A DNA stretch of 64,000 bases. Origin: Paraspadella gotoi (lineage: Eukaryota; Animalia; Chaetognatha). Below the pieces are notes generated by a model. The model saw nothing but the letters and a program-made list of their open reading frames with translations. It did not search any database and had not been told where the DNA came from. The stretch covers positions 11,882,896-11,946,895 of the forward strand of contig CM119269.1 in assembly GCA_051294375.1 (NCBI GenBank). The letters run 5' to 3'. Both the position numbers and the translations under genes were made by a program. Shown in pieces: positions 10,308 to 24,060 of this stretch. Every line of letters starts with the position of its first letter. Position 1 is the stretch's first letter.

Positions 10308-13300
10308 GATAGAACCCCGTAATTCACGGTTGGTGAACCAGTATTTAGATGTCAATGGGTCGAACTGAGTTTCATCAAGCTATACGGGAGGCGAATTTAG
10401 GATTCCCACAGTAGTATGATAGAAGCCCTATTTTTTATTTATTTAACTTATTAACAAAATTACGTTACATAGACGTCGCTCAATGTAAATCGTCGAACGA
10501 AAAACAAATGGCTATCGTTTCGTTTTTAAAACTTCTTTCTTATTTCCTAAATAATTTAATCGAATCGGTTTCGTTCATTAATTTTAAAAAGCATAATCTA
10601 ATCTTATCTGATATATTGTTTGCGATTACTTTACCTGGTCTCGACTTTTGGAAAAAAAAAACAAAATCAAAACAATACTTTACGAATACAATACTGTGCT
10701 TCACTCTAATCCCGCTCAACTACAGGTCTATTCAGGTTTCACTCTCTCTCGGTGTGTGTGAAAAAGACCAAAAATGTGGGAGAGTATATGTACTAAAAAA
10801 GGAGGCAAAAAAGGTACAAACTGTGAGAGAGGGAGAGAGAAAGCCGGAGAGGGAGAGAGAAGAAGGTAGAAGAGAAGTCAGAGGAAGAAGTGAAAAACTG
10901 GGTGAGCCTCGATCCCTGGGTGCCGGGAGGAGGAAGAGGAGGATAGTCGCGTGGCTGACGAGACACGAGACTCGCGCTCGGGCTGGTTCGGTCGTCGAAT
11001 ACAATTTTCTCAGTCTCAAAAAAGAGCAATATTAAAAATACATTGATGCTGTAAATGTTACAGAATATTATTTTTAAATTATAAAGTATCAATAAAAGTT
11101 TTATAACCTTTCTATAAGCAAAGTTATCATTTTTATTTACCTGTGGATGTATTATCAGAATCAAGTATCAAACAAGTCCGAACAAAAATTCAAGATTTTA
11201 TTAAAGTGAAAGACAATGAAATATCACATTATGCAGCAACAACTCAAGCCTGGTTTACTTCATAGAGGATCAATCTTTTTTACTGTTTGCTAAGGACCAT
11301 TTTTTACTACAAATCTGATAAAAAATATCATGTCATAGATATAATATTAACAATAATGTGAGTAGTCCACTTAATAAAAAAGAAGTGAAAACAGTTAGAG
11401 ACAACCTCTTTTGGAAGTATTTGAATGCATTAAATAATTTTATGCTGTTGAAAAATAATTATCTATTCAGTCCTAGGGAAGTCATATTACCTATTAAAAT
11501 TTAATTATTAGCCAAAAAATGTATTTGATATTAAAATTAACTGACTTTTCCAAACCGCGACATTTTTTTTCCATCATGACCAGTTAAAGACGCTTAGGAT
11601 TTCAGATCTTAAAAGTTTCCAATAATATTGACAGTATTTATTACACTGTTTTTTTTTAACCATGCAGTCAAAAATTTTCACAATCCTGTTCAGTTTCTAG
11701 TATAATTTTAAGTGCTTAAAACGATTATCAAGGTGTCCTCAATCAGATTTTGCGTTAGACCCACGCACAATTGACCGGAAGTTGACGTTGACTACAAAAT
11801 AGAATGTTTCTCTTTTTTTTAATTGCAAGATAAGAAAATAGTTTTGTAAAAATAATAATTTTTACTTTAAATTTTTTTTTAAAAAAAGGTTCCTACCCAT
11901 AGTGAGCGTATCTAAAACCGGAAATGATACTCAAAAACAGATAAAATACGCAATATTAATAGTTTTTAATCTACTATAAAAATAATCGTTTTTTATAGTC
12001 ATATGATAGTTGTATCACAAAGAATCATCATATATATCATAAAAAACTATCATAGCTCTAAATAGACAAAATAAATATCACTTACAAAAGGTTTGTTTCT
12101 TAATAACTGTTAAAATTCAGAATTAATATTATTTTAAGGAAAAGAAAAGAAAATTAAAAATCTGATTAAGTTTTTGATGCATGGATATTGTTTCTTTTCT
12201 CCTTCACCTGGAAAAAACTTAAAAATAGGGTATTCCTCTAAAGATTTATATAAAACTTTATAAAAAAAGGGTCTAACTTCCAGCTATAGTTTTTGAGCAA
12301 AAAAATGGTATGCCAGTAAAAAAATTACTGATAAAAAAAATTAAATTAGTAAAAGGTATTAAAAATTAAAACCAGGAATTGTTAAAATTAGCAAAGTCTC
12401 ATTAATTGAATGAAATTGAAGTGAAATTTTGAATATTTACAGTTAAAGTTAAAAGTCCTTTGGCTATTAAAAAACGAATCTTTTTAAGATGTAATAATTG
12501 ATAAATAATTAAATATGATAGGATTTTTTTATGATATGGATGATAATCCTTTGTGATAAAGCTGTCATATAATAGCGTTGACGTTTAGTCAATTAACGAG
12601 GGAAATTAATAAGTGGCAAAGTATTTGGTTGACAATAGTTTTATTTATGACGGACAATCATTAGGGTGATGACATAGTTTAATAATTATTTGAAAAAGTG
12701 TTCTTTCTTGAGTTTGGGTGTAGAGATGAATGCCTAGAGTTCTCTTAGCAATTTTGACCATCAATCCCTCCGTCGGTTCCTCTGTCGGTCATTGGTCATT
12801 CTAAGGTTGAAGTAAGGTCTGTGATTGGTCGGCATTCTGATGATTCGTGAAGGAGACGAGCAATCACATCACTAGGCCAACCAAGTCCGTTTATAGGTCC
12901 ATTCCGTTGATGATAGTAAAAAACCTTTAGCAGTCATAATAGATCAAAAACTTTTAATAACACATATTTAATTGATTATCGAGCACTATTTCCGGTTTGG
13001 GACACACCCACTATTGATGAAAACCCTTTTTTGAACATTTTTTGTCTAAGTACTAATTATTAAATAATTATACTAATTGCAGGATAATTAAAAAAAACTG
13101 CCTAACTTTTCATTTGTAGTAAAAAGAAAAATTTCATATTGTAGTCCATGCCAACTTCCGGTAAATTGTGCGTAGGTCTAATGCAAAATCTGATTGACGA
13201 CACCTTGTTAATCGTTTTAAGCACTTAAAATTATACTAGAAACTGTACAAAATTTTCGACTGCATGGTTAAAAAAAAACAGTGTAATATTTATTGATGCT

Positions 13301-14334
13301 TTTAACTTTATTTACGCATATATTATTCCAGAAATTGGCGCGAATTATCGATTGGTTTTTTTTATTCGCGAGTCTCGTCGTCAGCATCGTCTCTGTCTCG
13401 TGGACTATCATCAACATCAATCAACCGCCGCGCCCCGCCTTTCGACGAGGAACGGGATAGGCCAAATTTTGCCAGCCGAGTGCCACTGGCGCCAAGACCC
13501 TGGGACCAATAGAAAAATCTCTAACAGACAATAAACCCCTTTCCATCTTGCTGGATTCTTGCTACACTTTGCGCTTTAAACTCCCATTATGGAATTAAAC
13601 ATTTACTCAGACGCTACTGTTTCGCAAATTATGTATTATGTACGTATACTGTATTATTATTGGTTGAAACTAAGATTTTTTCATCAATGTATGTGTTATA
13701 CATTATAAATATATCATATTTTTGATTTTATAAAATTAACTAACACCTACAAGAAAACCTAGGTACTAGATGATTAAAAGAATAGTTAACAAGAGAGCTC
13801 GATATGGTTAAAAAAAATTGTTGTAGTTTATTAGTGATTATATGACGTATTGATTATGACACAAAGAGTAATGTCAACTAAGAACTTAGTATCTGATACA
13901 GAGGTTAATGTGTTTTTAGATAATTCATCCATGAGTAATAGAGCAGTCTGGTAAATATTTACAAAAACCGATTTACATACAAAATGAGCAACAGCTTAAT
14001 ATTTATAGTGTGTTAAACAAATAAAAAACAAATTACAAGTTAAACAAAAAAACGAAACAATGCCGCACAATTTTAATTAAAACGTGGAAGGACATTGAAA
14101 ACAAAATAAAACCGGAGACTAAAGTGATAGAATTGTTGAGCGCGGAAGTATTGAGTCGTCCAAAAAGACTATAAATTAATTAGTATTTACAACATTTACA
14201 ATAAAAGTGAGTAGACATTCGGTTTCTTCGATCCACGTTGTTATTGTTGTTGTTGTTGATATTCTCTTCAAGTCGGAATCCATGCGCAATAAGAGCATCC
14301 GATTCTCAGTTCAAAATTACTGCAAATTGTTGCA

Positions 14335-17300
14335 TCAAAATTGCTGCAGATTGATGCTGCGCCGCATCCCCATGCATTGAACGTCGTCGATGTAAACAGT
14401 TTGAGATTTGGTCTCGATGTCTTCTTCCAGCGAAAGCTTTTGTCGACGGAGTCCCTTGAATCGAGTAATGATTGGTAAGGTCTGGGTAAGTCACTTCAAT
14501 CTATTGAAATGTAATACATTAGCCACTATATGTTATTTCTTTAGGTCAGGATTCTTTGCTAATAAAAACTTAATTTCGAACAATATTTTCTATTACCTGC
14601 AAACTAGCGAGTCAAAAATAAATCTTGCGATTGGTAACAACATCAGACCAACCGTTCATCAGCGGCCATTGGTGCCGGAGGCAAGTCATTCGCCTCTCAA
14701 CCCAAAGGTTCGGGGTTCTAGCCCGGTGGTCGCGGAGCAGTTAAGAGGGACGGGGCGCTTAACCAGCCTGTAACATGGTGTTACAACCTGATCCGAAGCT
14801 CAGGTACTGCTTATATTGAACGGTTCTGTCACTAACATATAACAATAATTACTGTCTCTTCAAGGCCTCGTTTTAATGTAAATGTTAATGTTCGAACTGT
14901 ATTCTATGTATAAAACTGTTAAAACTTGATTATTGTAATTAGCTACATCCATTATTGTTCTCGGATCGACCTTATTCTAAATAGTCAATACAATAAAATC
15001 CCTGCTGAATCCTTTCAAAAACGGGACACGCTTTGACTGTGACCACCATCCACCACCCTTTCTCGCCCACCATCCCCTAACCCCCCCAACCTTCAACGAC
15101 GCCTCAGATTCCACCAGCCTCGTCTTCAACGCCGTCACGTGACCGTCCAATTCCACCACTTCGTCCACTAGGCGTCTCTCGACGGCGTCGCGACACAACT
15201 CAACGTTAGGGCGCCTCGAACGCGTCTCCAGCCTGGCGCGTGCCAATTTGATGGGCGCCGTTTTGTCGTCGAGGGCGGCGTCGAGGCTTTTAACGTTCTC
15301 CTCCTGATCTATGATCTGACGAAGAGTTTCGGCCAACTGTCCCTCCAAACGAGACTTGGCCTCGCGGGTCTCTTTGATGCGTTGGCTTTTATTCAGAGAG
15401 AGATTGAGATGAAAAGATGGGGGAAAAGTGTAGTTTGTATGTGCTTTTATAAATGAATGGATATATTAGTCCTCATGGCAAAGGTTGAAACGTAAACATC
15501 TCGATGTTAAGGTAATTTTAAGGGATCTCGTTGAAAAAGATAAATTAAAATCGTAGTATGGCATCGGGGTGGACATGTGTGATGCCCGGGGTGTGAGGCA
15601 TCTCCCGACAGCTGGCACTCAGGGCTTTGGACCTGCACTGACCACCACATGTCACTGGCGTGTTTATGCCAACACCATCACACTTTAACCAGCATGACAT
15701 TGAGGGGATAGAACTAGGGTTCCGATAACCGTTAATTTTTGAGAAATTTTCGATTAACCGTTAAAACTAATATTTTTAACGGTTAACCGTTAAAATCGGT
15801 TAAGTTTATAATTTAACTTGTAGAGAGGAAAACAATTTATTTGTTTTTTTCAACGAATTTTTAGGACATTTTTTCGGACATGTTTTGAGTCTACAATTAG
15901 AGTCTTCATCAGCAATGCTGCAATGATGCTGCAATGCTGATGAAGACTCTAATTGTAGAGTTGAAACATGTTCTAAAAAATGTCCTAAAAATTCGTTGAA
16001 ACAAAACAAATAAATTGTTTCCTCTCTAAATTGGAAACACAATGAAATCGAAAGTCTATACAAATATATAATTTAACTTTAAATTTAAAATATTATTATT
16101 TAAATCAAACTAAAGTATTTAATAATATTTTATCTTTAACCCTTGCTCCTGAATCTTTTTTATCTTCCATTTCAGATAGATAGGTAAACATTTTAGTTAT
16201 TAAATGAAAAATTGGTTTGAGCAAACTATTTTGAATCTACCTATGATAATTTAGCTAATTAGATAATGCATCGTGATAAATCTTACTTACAAAACTTTTT
16301 TTTGCCTCATAGCATAATAAAAATATATAAAAAGAACAAAAAAAGAAAAACCACAATGTAATTCTAATTCTATGTTTTGTTTTTTTCTTTCTCTCTCTAT
16401 CTCTTTTTATTTCATTATATCTCTTCATTATTTTTTTAGTTGTTAGTTTCTTGAACGCTTGCTTTCTGTTTTTATTTTTTTATAAGCCATAACCATAAAT
16501 ATAAATTATGAATAATAATTTTTTGATTGAAAGTTTGATTGATCGATTGATCCAAAATTTATTGATTATTAAATATTTTTTTCAGTTTTATTAAAAAATA
16601 TATCATGATTGAAGGATAGTTTTAGTTAGCCTTAATGTCCATTTTAAGATTAGTTCCTTCTATTACTAATTTTTTTTATTACATTTATTTTTATTTAGTT
16701 TTTTTAATAATTTTTCATTCATTTTGGTTTGATTTCATTTGCTTCTTTGTTTGTTTAAAGAGTGAAATAAAAAATAGCAAAATAAGATATATTATTTTAA
16801 AATAGAATTTAATTTGCAAGAAAATGTATGCAACTATTTGCATGTTGCATATATATTATATTTCAATATATTCTTTGATGTAAATGCGTAAATTAATTGA
16901 AAGGAAAAACGAAAAAAAAATTGGGAGAAAATAAGTAAGAAAAAAAAACACTAGAAGGGAAGAAAAAAAATGAAAAAGGTAAAAAAAGGGAGAAAAAAAG
17001 GAGAGAAGAGAAAGGGGGAAAAGAGGGAGGGGAAAAGAAAGAAAGAAAAAGAAAGGTACAAAGGGAGATTAGTATAGAAAAAAGATTAAAAGGGTTGAAA
17101 ATAACAAAGGAAAAAAATAGGAAAAAATGGAAAAGAGAGAGAGAGGTGAAAAAATATGGTGAGAAAAGGAGAGGAGAATAAGAGAGGACAAGATAAAATT
17201 ATTTTTCTTTTAAAAAATCAAAGATTTTATACCAAAAAATAAAAAAATCATATTTAAAAATTAACCGAATTTAACCGTTAAACTTAAAATAAATATATTA

Positions 17301-19561
17301 ACGGTTATGTTAAAATTATTTTTAACCGTTAATAACCGTTTAACGTATGTTTAACGGTTATCGTAAACCTAGATAGAACCCGGAATTCACGGTTGGTGAA
17401 CCAGTATTTAGATGTCAATGGGTCGAACTGAGTTTCATCAAAGTACGGGAGGCGAATTTAGGATTCGCCACAGTAGTATGATAAGAAGCCCTATTTTTTA
17501 TTTATTTAACTTATTTAACAAAATTACGTTACATAGACGTCGCTCAATGTATCGTCGACGAAAACAAATGGCTATCGTTTCGTTTTTAAAACTTCTTTCT
17601 TATTTCCTAATATAATTTAATCGAATCGGTTTCGTTATTAATTTTAAAAAGCATAATCTAATCTTATCTGAATATTTGTTTGCGATTACTTTTACCTGGT
17701 CTCGACTTTTGGAAAATAAAAAACAAAATCAAAACAATACTTTACAATACAATACTGTCTTCACTCTAATCCCGCTCAACTACGAGTCTATTCAGGTTTC
17801 ACCATCCTCTCACCGAAACGCCTCGTCCACGTTGCTCCTCTGCTTCCGCATGTCGTTGCAGGTCTGCCCCAGCACTCCGTCCACGATGGAGCGAAGTTTG
17901 GTGGAGTTTCCCCGCTCTCGCTCCGCCGCTTCGATGTTCTTGTGACTGAAATCGATCCATTCCGCAGGAGACACGGAAGAGCGAGGGGGGCCTGGATTAT
18001 TAAGGGGAGTTGCGATTATTTAACTAATACGCTTTTTAGAATAATACTCAATTATTATGTTACCCGGTGGGGTTCCTATGGCAACCAAAGGACTTGTGTT
18101 GGTCAAAGAGACACAGAATTCGTCCAACGATTGACCCTGAAGTTTGTCGGCCAAATCTTTTTCTAGATGAAACTGAGATCGTCTGTAAACAAGGACAAAC
18201 ACGTTGATTGTGTTGATAATCTTATTAATTTATTTATTTATTTAATGCGGTTATTATTTATCTAGGTTGTACCAATTTCTTAATGAAATTAATGATTAAA
18301 AATCAACCAGTTAGTGTTTTACTCGATAAATTTAAGCCCTTTTGCCTCCTGACTTTGATAGATCCTACATCATTCTTACAAGATATTGACTGTTTAAATA
18401 GTTATTATAAAATTAATTAAACTTAATCAACGACTTAATTCTTTGTGACGAGGGTCTCCAAAGTAGAACCTCTCAAGCTTTCATTCAATACTCCCTCATT
18501 CTTTAATGAAATTTAGTTTTAATCTTTCTTTTTTATCCTGTTTTCTTTATTTTCTTCACTTTTTAATTCACTTTCTTCCACTTTCGTTTATCTTTTTTTC
18601 CCCACTCACTCATTACACTTATTGAAAAATCTTTTTATTATAGTATATATTTTATTAAAATATTTTATTCATAAACAATATCGTACAATGTATTTTGCAA
18701 TATACTCAATTATTCATATCCCCTCACTTGTTGAGTCTGACTTGCTCGGCGACCTCGTCGTGCGTCCGCTTCAACAACTCCATGACTCCCCTCAACACCT
18801 CCACTTCCTTCATTAACTCCTTCTGGACATTGTCGTGCGCCAGGTCGACTCCGCGCCGACCTTCCCGGTGGACGAGGCAGTTCTGGGCGATGGAGAAAGG
18901 CTCCGCCGTCGACTCCAACGCCTTCTCCACGCGAATCTTGTAGGCCAAGAGGGCTGGCGTTGGGAAGAGAGAGAGAGAGAGCAGAGAAAGAGAAAATATA
19001 TTATGAATATGCAGAAAATTGCAAATTTACTTCTTTTACTCATTTAAATTTAATTTTTCCACAAATAATAAATTTAATTATTTGATTTTATACATTATTT
19101 ATACGAGATGGAATGATGAATAAATAATGAATAAATGATGAGAAATGTCGAACATTCACCAGTAAAGGACGTCACAGATAATTTAGACATAGACGATGAT
19201 ATCAGTGATATTACAAATACCAATAATATCATTGGTGATGTCATAGACCCCGATAACATCCACGATCACATATAACAACACCAGATGACTCACCTTCAGT
19301 CTCTCTCCTCAATCCATCCAGTTTATCGTCCAATTCTTCTTTCCAAAATCGAATCTCTTCGATCCGCTGCCGCAGCTTCTGCGAGACGTCGGACTGCGTC
19401 CGCCGGACCGCAGCAGCCGCCGCCGTCGACGCTCTCGTCGACTCCGCGATCAGACGCTGCGCCGTCGAACGCTCCGCGGCAGCGGACGTCGTCTTCCGCG
19501 CGTTGGAGACGTGCCATTCCTGAGGCGTGAAACGTTGCGGCGGGGCGACTAGCTTCGCCAT
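14335..19561 (-). CDS. TEKT1: Tektin-1 (6 exons, about 401 aa)
   Basis: Exons 19561-19294, 18953-18728, 18182-18064, 17991-17814, 15385-15091 and 14454-14335 have GT-AG boundaries in consistent phase (1206 nt). The protein has the tektin signature RPNVELCRD, a TEKT1-like N-terminus MAKLVAPPQRFTPQEWH and a TEKT1-like C-terminus YIDDVQCMGMR. Confidence 0.93.
15557..17472 (-). mobile_element. Solo LTR of a second tRNA-module TRIM family, split by the hAT MITE (duplicate at 8496-10410)
   Basis: Removing 15715-17379 leaves about 250 bp reading TGTGGC...GCCATA on the minus strand, flanked by GTAG. It aligns by eye with the 28192 LTR in the terminal hairpin, B box and central hairpins. Confidence 0.65.
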
Positions 19562-20397
19562 GGTGTTGTGAGAGAGAGAGTAGAGGGAGGGAGAGAGAAA
19601 GAGAGAGAGTTTTTTACAAGGCTGTTCAAACAATTACTTGCCTTAATTAATGACAAGAGCTGAAAAAGAAAAACATAAATACGTGGATTTAATGTTAGAA
19701 TTCTTTTTTCAAATCTAAATTAATGAGAATGACCGTATTTTTCGACAGTTAGGATGTTTTTAATCCAACCAAAAAAAATCTCGAATCGGCTTATATGTCG
19801 TGTTATGGCGACGACCTCGGTTGCTAAGCAGTCAAATGCCCTCGGTTCATTTCTCAGAGTCTCCGACAAAAGCCTCAAGTCACGAAATTCGATTCCGAAA
19901 ATTCGAGACTTTTTTTCTTGGATCGAAGGTTAAAACTTTGATCCCTGAAACGAAAATGTCGGGAAATCCGATTCTTTTTTGGAAGAACTGATTAAAAGTT
20001 GGGCGAGAAATTTGGATTTAATTATGAAGAGTTTTTGGGGACAGTTGACGTGTTTTCTTTCTCTTTTTTTAGAAGTAATGATAACAATTTACTGCATGGA
20101 GGTCGCAGATTATATCCTGACTGACTTTGTTCAAAACTTATCGATTTAATTTGAAAAATCGTAATGGCATTTTATTATCAGTGCGAACAAGATATAACGT
20201 TTCCGTCATGAAATCCATTTTATGAATTTGGTCAGATTATTAATTTATCATCTTCCTGAAGAATCTTGATTTTTTTTAATTCCATTAGATTTAGTACAAA
20301 GTTAGTTATCTCTGGAATTGTCAGTAAACATCCTAAACGTGGTATAAATAATAAAAAGAATAAAACATAATAATAAAAATAAAAATAGACTAATCAT

Positions 20398-23217
20398 TCA
20401 ACAAGGGAACGAAGGAGTTTCGGCGACGTGCCCTCTCAGCGCTTGAGCGTTGAGTCCCAAAAACACGTGCTTTCTTCCTGTGGCCACGGTCGCGCGCAAA
20501 TCGAGAGCGCGTTCGGGAAAAGTCTCGTTGAATTTCCGATGGGCGTGGCTCTTGCGGAAACCGTTTTCCAGCGTTGACAAAATGGATTGGGGCCGCGGTA
20601 CTCCGGAGCCAGGACGCCAAGAGCATCGCCAATCGAGCGTGTGTCTAGGAAATAAAGTGCTGAGACAGAATTAAGACCTAATTTTTACCTTACCTTTTTA
20701 CTCACCTGTTGACGTCGTGTTCCGGAGCTGACAGATTAAAAATTCTAGGGTTTGATTCTTCGTCTCGCGGTTCCATCGAGTTTCGTGGCATGGTGTCATT
20801 GTCGATAGAATGTAAGGTCTCCGCTTTGAAGTCACAGTTCTAATGGTGACATAAAAATGAAAATTGATAATTACATACTTGTTTCACCAAACTTTTACAG
20901 ATTTTAAAATGTCAAGTATGTAATGTATGTATGCCTAAATCCTTTTTTTAAATTAATTTTTCTTTTTATTTTATCATCCAATATTAAAATTCATATATGA
21001 AATAATATTGTTTTACTTTAATAGTAAATAGAAAAAAATTAATTTGTCAACATTGCACAATTTAACATAATTTAACAACCTTAAAAAGATTGTCTTCGGC
21101 TTTTTTATCTCCTTGAATCATCCTTTCCGGCAAACGATTGGGATTAAGTTTCAATTCATCCCTCGTTTGCCTGATTCCGGACGAATGCTTGCCGGATTTC
21201 AACGCGAGTGCTTGCTCAACAAGCTCGAGAGCCGGACCAGGATTGGCGAAGTAATCCAGCTCCTTCCATCGAGGATCTCTGAAGCAAAAAATAGACCAAA
21301 TAGACCATCTTGTCACGTGAGATGTGAACTTTATCAAAGTTTTAACCTGTAAGGCGGCGTAGGTAGGTTAACGTACTCTCTGTCATACAACAGCCATCTT
21401 TCTTGCTTTTCAGTGACAGACTCTTTCTGTGAAATGTCACGAAAGACATTTTGGTTCACGAATTTCCATCCTACGTTGAAAGAATGATTTTGAGGCTTGG
21501 CAAATCGGTTGCCTTATTTTCAATTTCATTTTAAATAATTACGTACCATTTAACGTTTTAGACTTTCTTCCCTCCATGGGCGTGGATGGAATGAAGGTTG
21601 CAACGGACCGTGGATATAAAGCATCGGGTTGAGGTTGGTAAGTTTCACCCATCGGGTCAGTTTCCGAATCTCTCATCAGACTGGCTCGAATTTTGTCGTC
21701 CAAATTATCGATTTTCATTGGATTAGTTGGTCCGTAACCTATATGTAGAAGAAATTTTCAATTAATCTAAATACAGCGAAAAAAATCCTCATCAATTAAG
21801 ACTTATTATTTTCCCTCATTTTAAATTATTAAATATGAATGCTGGTTAATTACAAATTATTCAGTAATATTTACTAAATTTACAAACTAAAAATTTTTAC
21901 TTAATTCCAAGTATTATTTACGTAGTATATAAACAAACCAGTAAAGTTGATCGAGTAAACAGGCAGCCAATGACTTCTCTCTATATTCCTCAACGCGTTG
22001 GCGGATTTCTGAGAAATCCGTCGAGAGGGCGGCCTCCCGTCCGCGTTCGGCGCCAATCGTTTCGTCGGAATCGGGTAAAAGATTTGACGACCGCCTTTAC
22101 GGGAATAAAGAGCAATTTAGAGTTTTACTTTTACTGTGTATATGAAAAATATTAATAATAAAAAATAAATAGATAAAAGATGAATAGTAGTAATAATAGA
22201 TATAGTATTTATTACTTAATAAATAGAATATATAAAAAAAATTAAATAAATAAATAAATAAAATAAACAAATTGGTTAATCAATATATAAACACAGTTTT
22301 CACTGGTGTTGCGATTAACTCTCACCGTCTGGATGTTTGAGCAATTGGAAAAAGTTTTTGTCCGCTTCTTGCAAATGACCCATTTTTAGCGAATCCGGGA
22401 AAATCGTCTCTATCTCTCTCCGATGACCGAATCCTTTGATTTTTTGAACGACGAGGGTCGACGGACCTCTTTTCGCCGCTAGGGGTAAGTGAAGAAAAAA
22501 AGAACAATAAATATGACAAGAAAGAGACAAAAAGACAGCAGATGGATAGAAAGACAAACAGTCTTTTAACTTAATATATAAGATAAGATATACAAACAGA
22601 CATATATCGGCAGACTAAGCGACTCTTCAATTTCTATTCTTCCCAAGTTGAGGCCGCCGAAGCATATCCCGGATTTAGAATTAGATTCGTGATTTAGGAT
22701 TCGGATTAAGGATTTAGATTTACCCGTCGGATGCAACGGAGGCGAGCGTTTGGCCTCGTTCCCGCGTCGAGGATCGTCCGGAGAATCGAAATTAGGCAAA
22801 ACGTCTTTCAATGGGACGTGAGAAAAGTAAGGATGTTCGGCCGGAAACGGGAGATCGATTGCAAAGTGACTCATTGCTGCCTCTTGCGGCTTTGGCAGAA
22901 GCTGGTCGTTGAGCCGCAACTTGCTTCGTTTCAATTTCGTCAGTTGATATGCCTTGGTTTTGTAAAATGAGAAATTACCGATTAGTACATATTATATATA
23001 ATAAAATACATTGGCTAATGGCTATATTGGTTTTTTTCCACCCAGCACAAACTTGTTCAGCGGGCAATCCACCGTGATGCCAAGTAGGTCGATTACACGG
23101 ATTCCATATTTCCTCGGGTTTCATTCTCGGACCTATGAAATGTTTGTCAGTGCCCCAGTCAGGAAACCGGGTCAAAAAGTGCCCGATCGGCGCCAAAGGC
23201 AAAGGAAGTGACGTCAT
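20398..23217 (-). CDS. SPMIP4: C7orf31/SPMIP4-like sperm or ciliary microtubule inner protein
   Basis: Exons 23217-23053, 22952-22724, 22478-22326, 22094-21939 and 21738-21547, further exons at roughly 21.5-20.7 kb (boundaries unresolved), and a last exon ending at 20398. Motifs LPAEQ-YQLT, LPFPAEHPY, RNIERSHWL...FTGYGP and C-terminal LENGFRKS...DLR...GRKHVFLGLN match human C7orf31 as I recall it. Confidence 0.75.
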
Positions 23218-24019
23218 TTTTCTATTTTGTTTTTATTAATTTTATTGACTTACATTAACGCGAAGCACTAAAACAAGTTTTTTAAAAAAACTTATTAACG
23301 ACAGTAGTCCTGACGACGACGGAGCCCCATAATCAGCTCTTAGATTCTAAGTTAGAACATGCAATCGATTTTGGAGACAAAAATTCTGCACGAATATTAT
23401 TCTGAATTAATTGGCGTTCTTTAACTCGATTAAACAATAAACATAGTGCCTGCATATATATGTGTTTTATTATTCCAGTAATGAACACAAAGCCTGTAAA
23501 GCGTTTAAGGTCCGGGATCACTCAATTCAAATTATAATTAGGCTAAAACCGAGCTCGGGATTTCGAAAGGAGAGCTTCTGACGATTCCGAAAATGTATTC
23601 ACTTTACTATTTTTTCAAAGGCGGTATCGTTTTTTCGATTTTTTTCTACTATATAAAATAAAAGAAACCAATTTGAAAAGTTGCAGCCCAAACGTTAAGG
23701 CGGTTTCTCATAAAATTTGGCATGAATTACCTTTGGGTCACGAACTCCAATTCTATGAAAAGATACTTTCAAAATTTGCCTTCCTTCCAACGAAGGAAGC
23801 AGGCGTGGTTTATTAAGGGAGAAATAGGAGGAGTTTTATTGTCATAAGAACAAGTTGAGATGATGATAATTAACATACAAAATATGTAGATTATGCAGAG
23901 AAATGGCAGGCAATAAACAATATAACAAATAGTCCTTGTGATATAAATCCTTTCTTTTCGTTGTTTGGGACGATTAGAGACAGTTTGAGTTTAGTTTTGA
24001 CAACGATTTTATTTAATTC

Positions 24020-24060
24020 AAAAACATATGTTTCGGCTTCATTTCAAGCCTTCATCAGCG
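24020..24060 (-). ncRNA. Hammerhead motif within an inverted insertion
   Basis: Minus strand CG-CTGATGA-A-GGCTT-GAAATG-AAGCC-GAAA-CATATG; same family as 63931-63983. Confidence 0.65.

Larger units (their letters stand above)
3732..17802 (+). repeat. Tandem duplication of about 7.05 kb (about 3732-10743 and 10779-17802)
   Basis: The two blocks are collinear and nearly identical, differing mostly by single-base indels. Confidence 0.95.

Noticed and set aside
10508-11035. 175-aa ORF
   Set aside because: It spans the garbled duplication junction and purine-rich low-complexity sequence, and has no recognisable domain.
23577-23597. CTGACGA-TTCC-GAAA-ATGTA hammerhead-like string
   Set aside because: There is no room for stem II, and it is part of a TIR.
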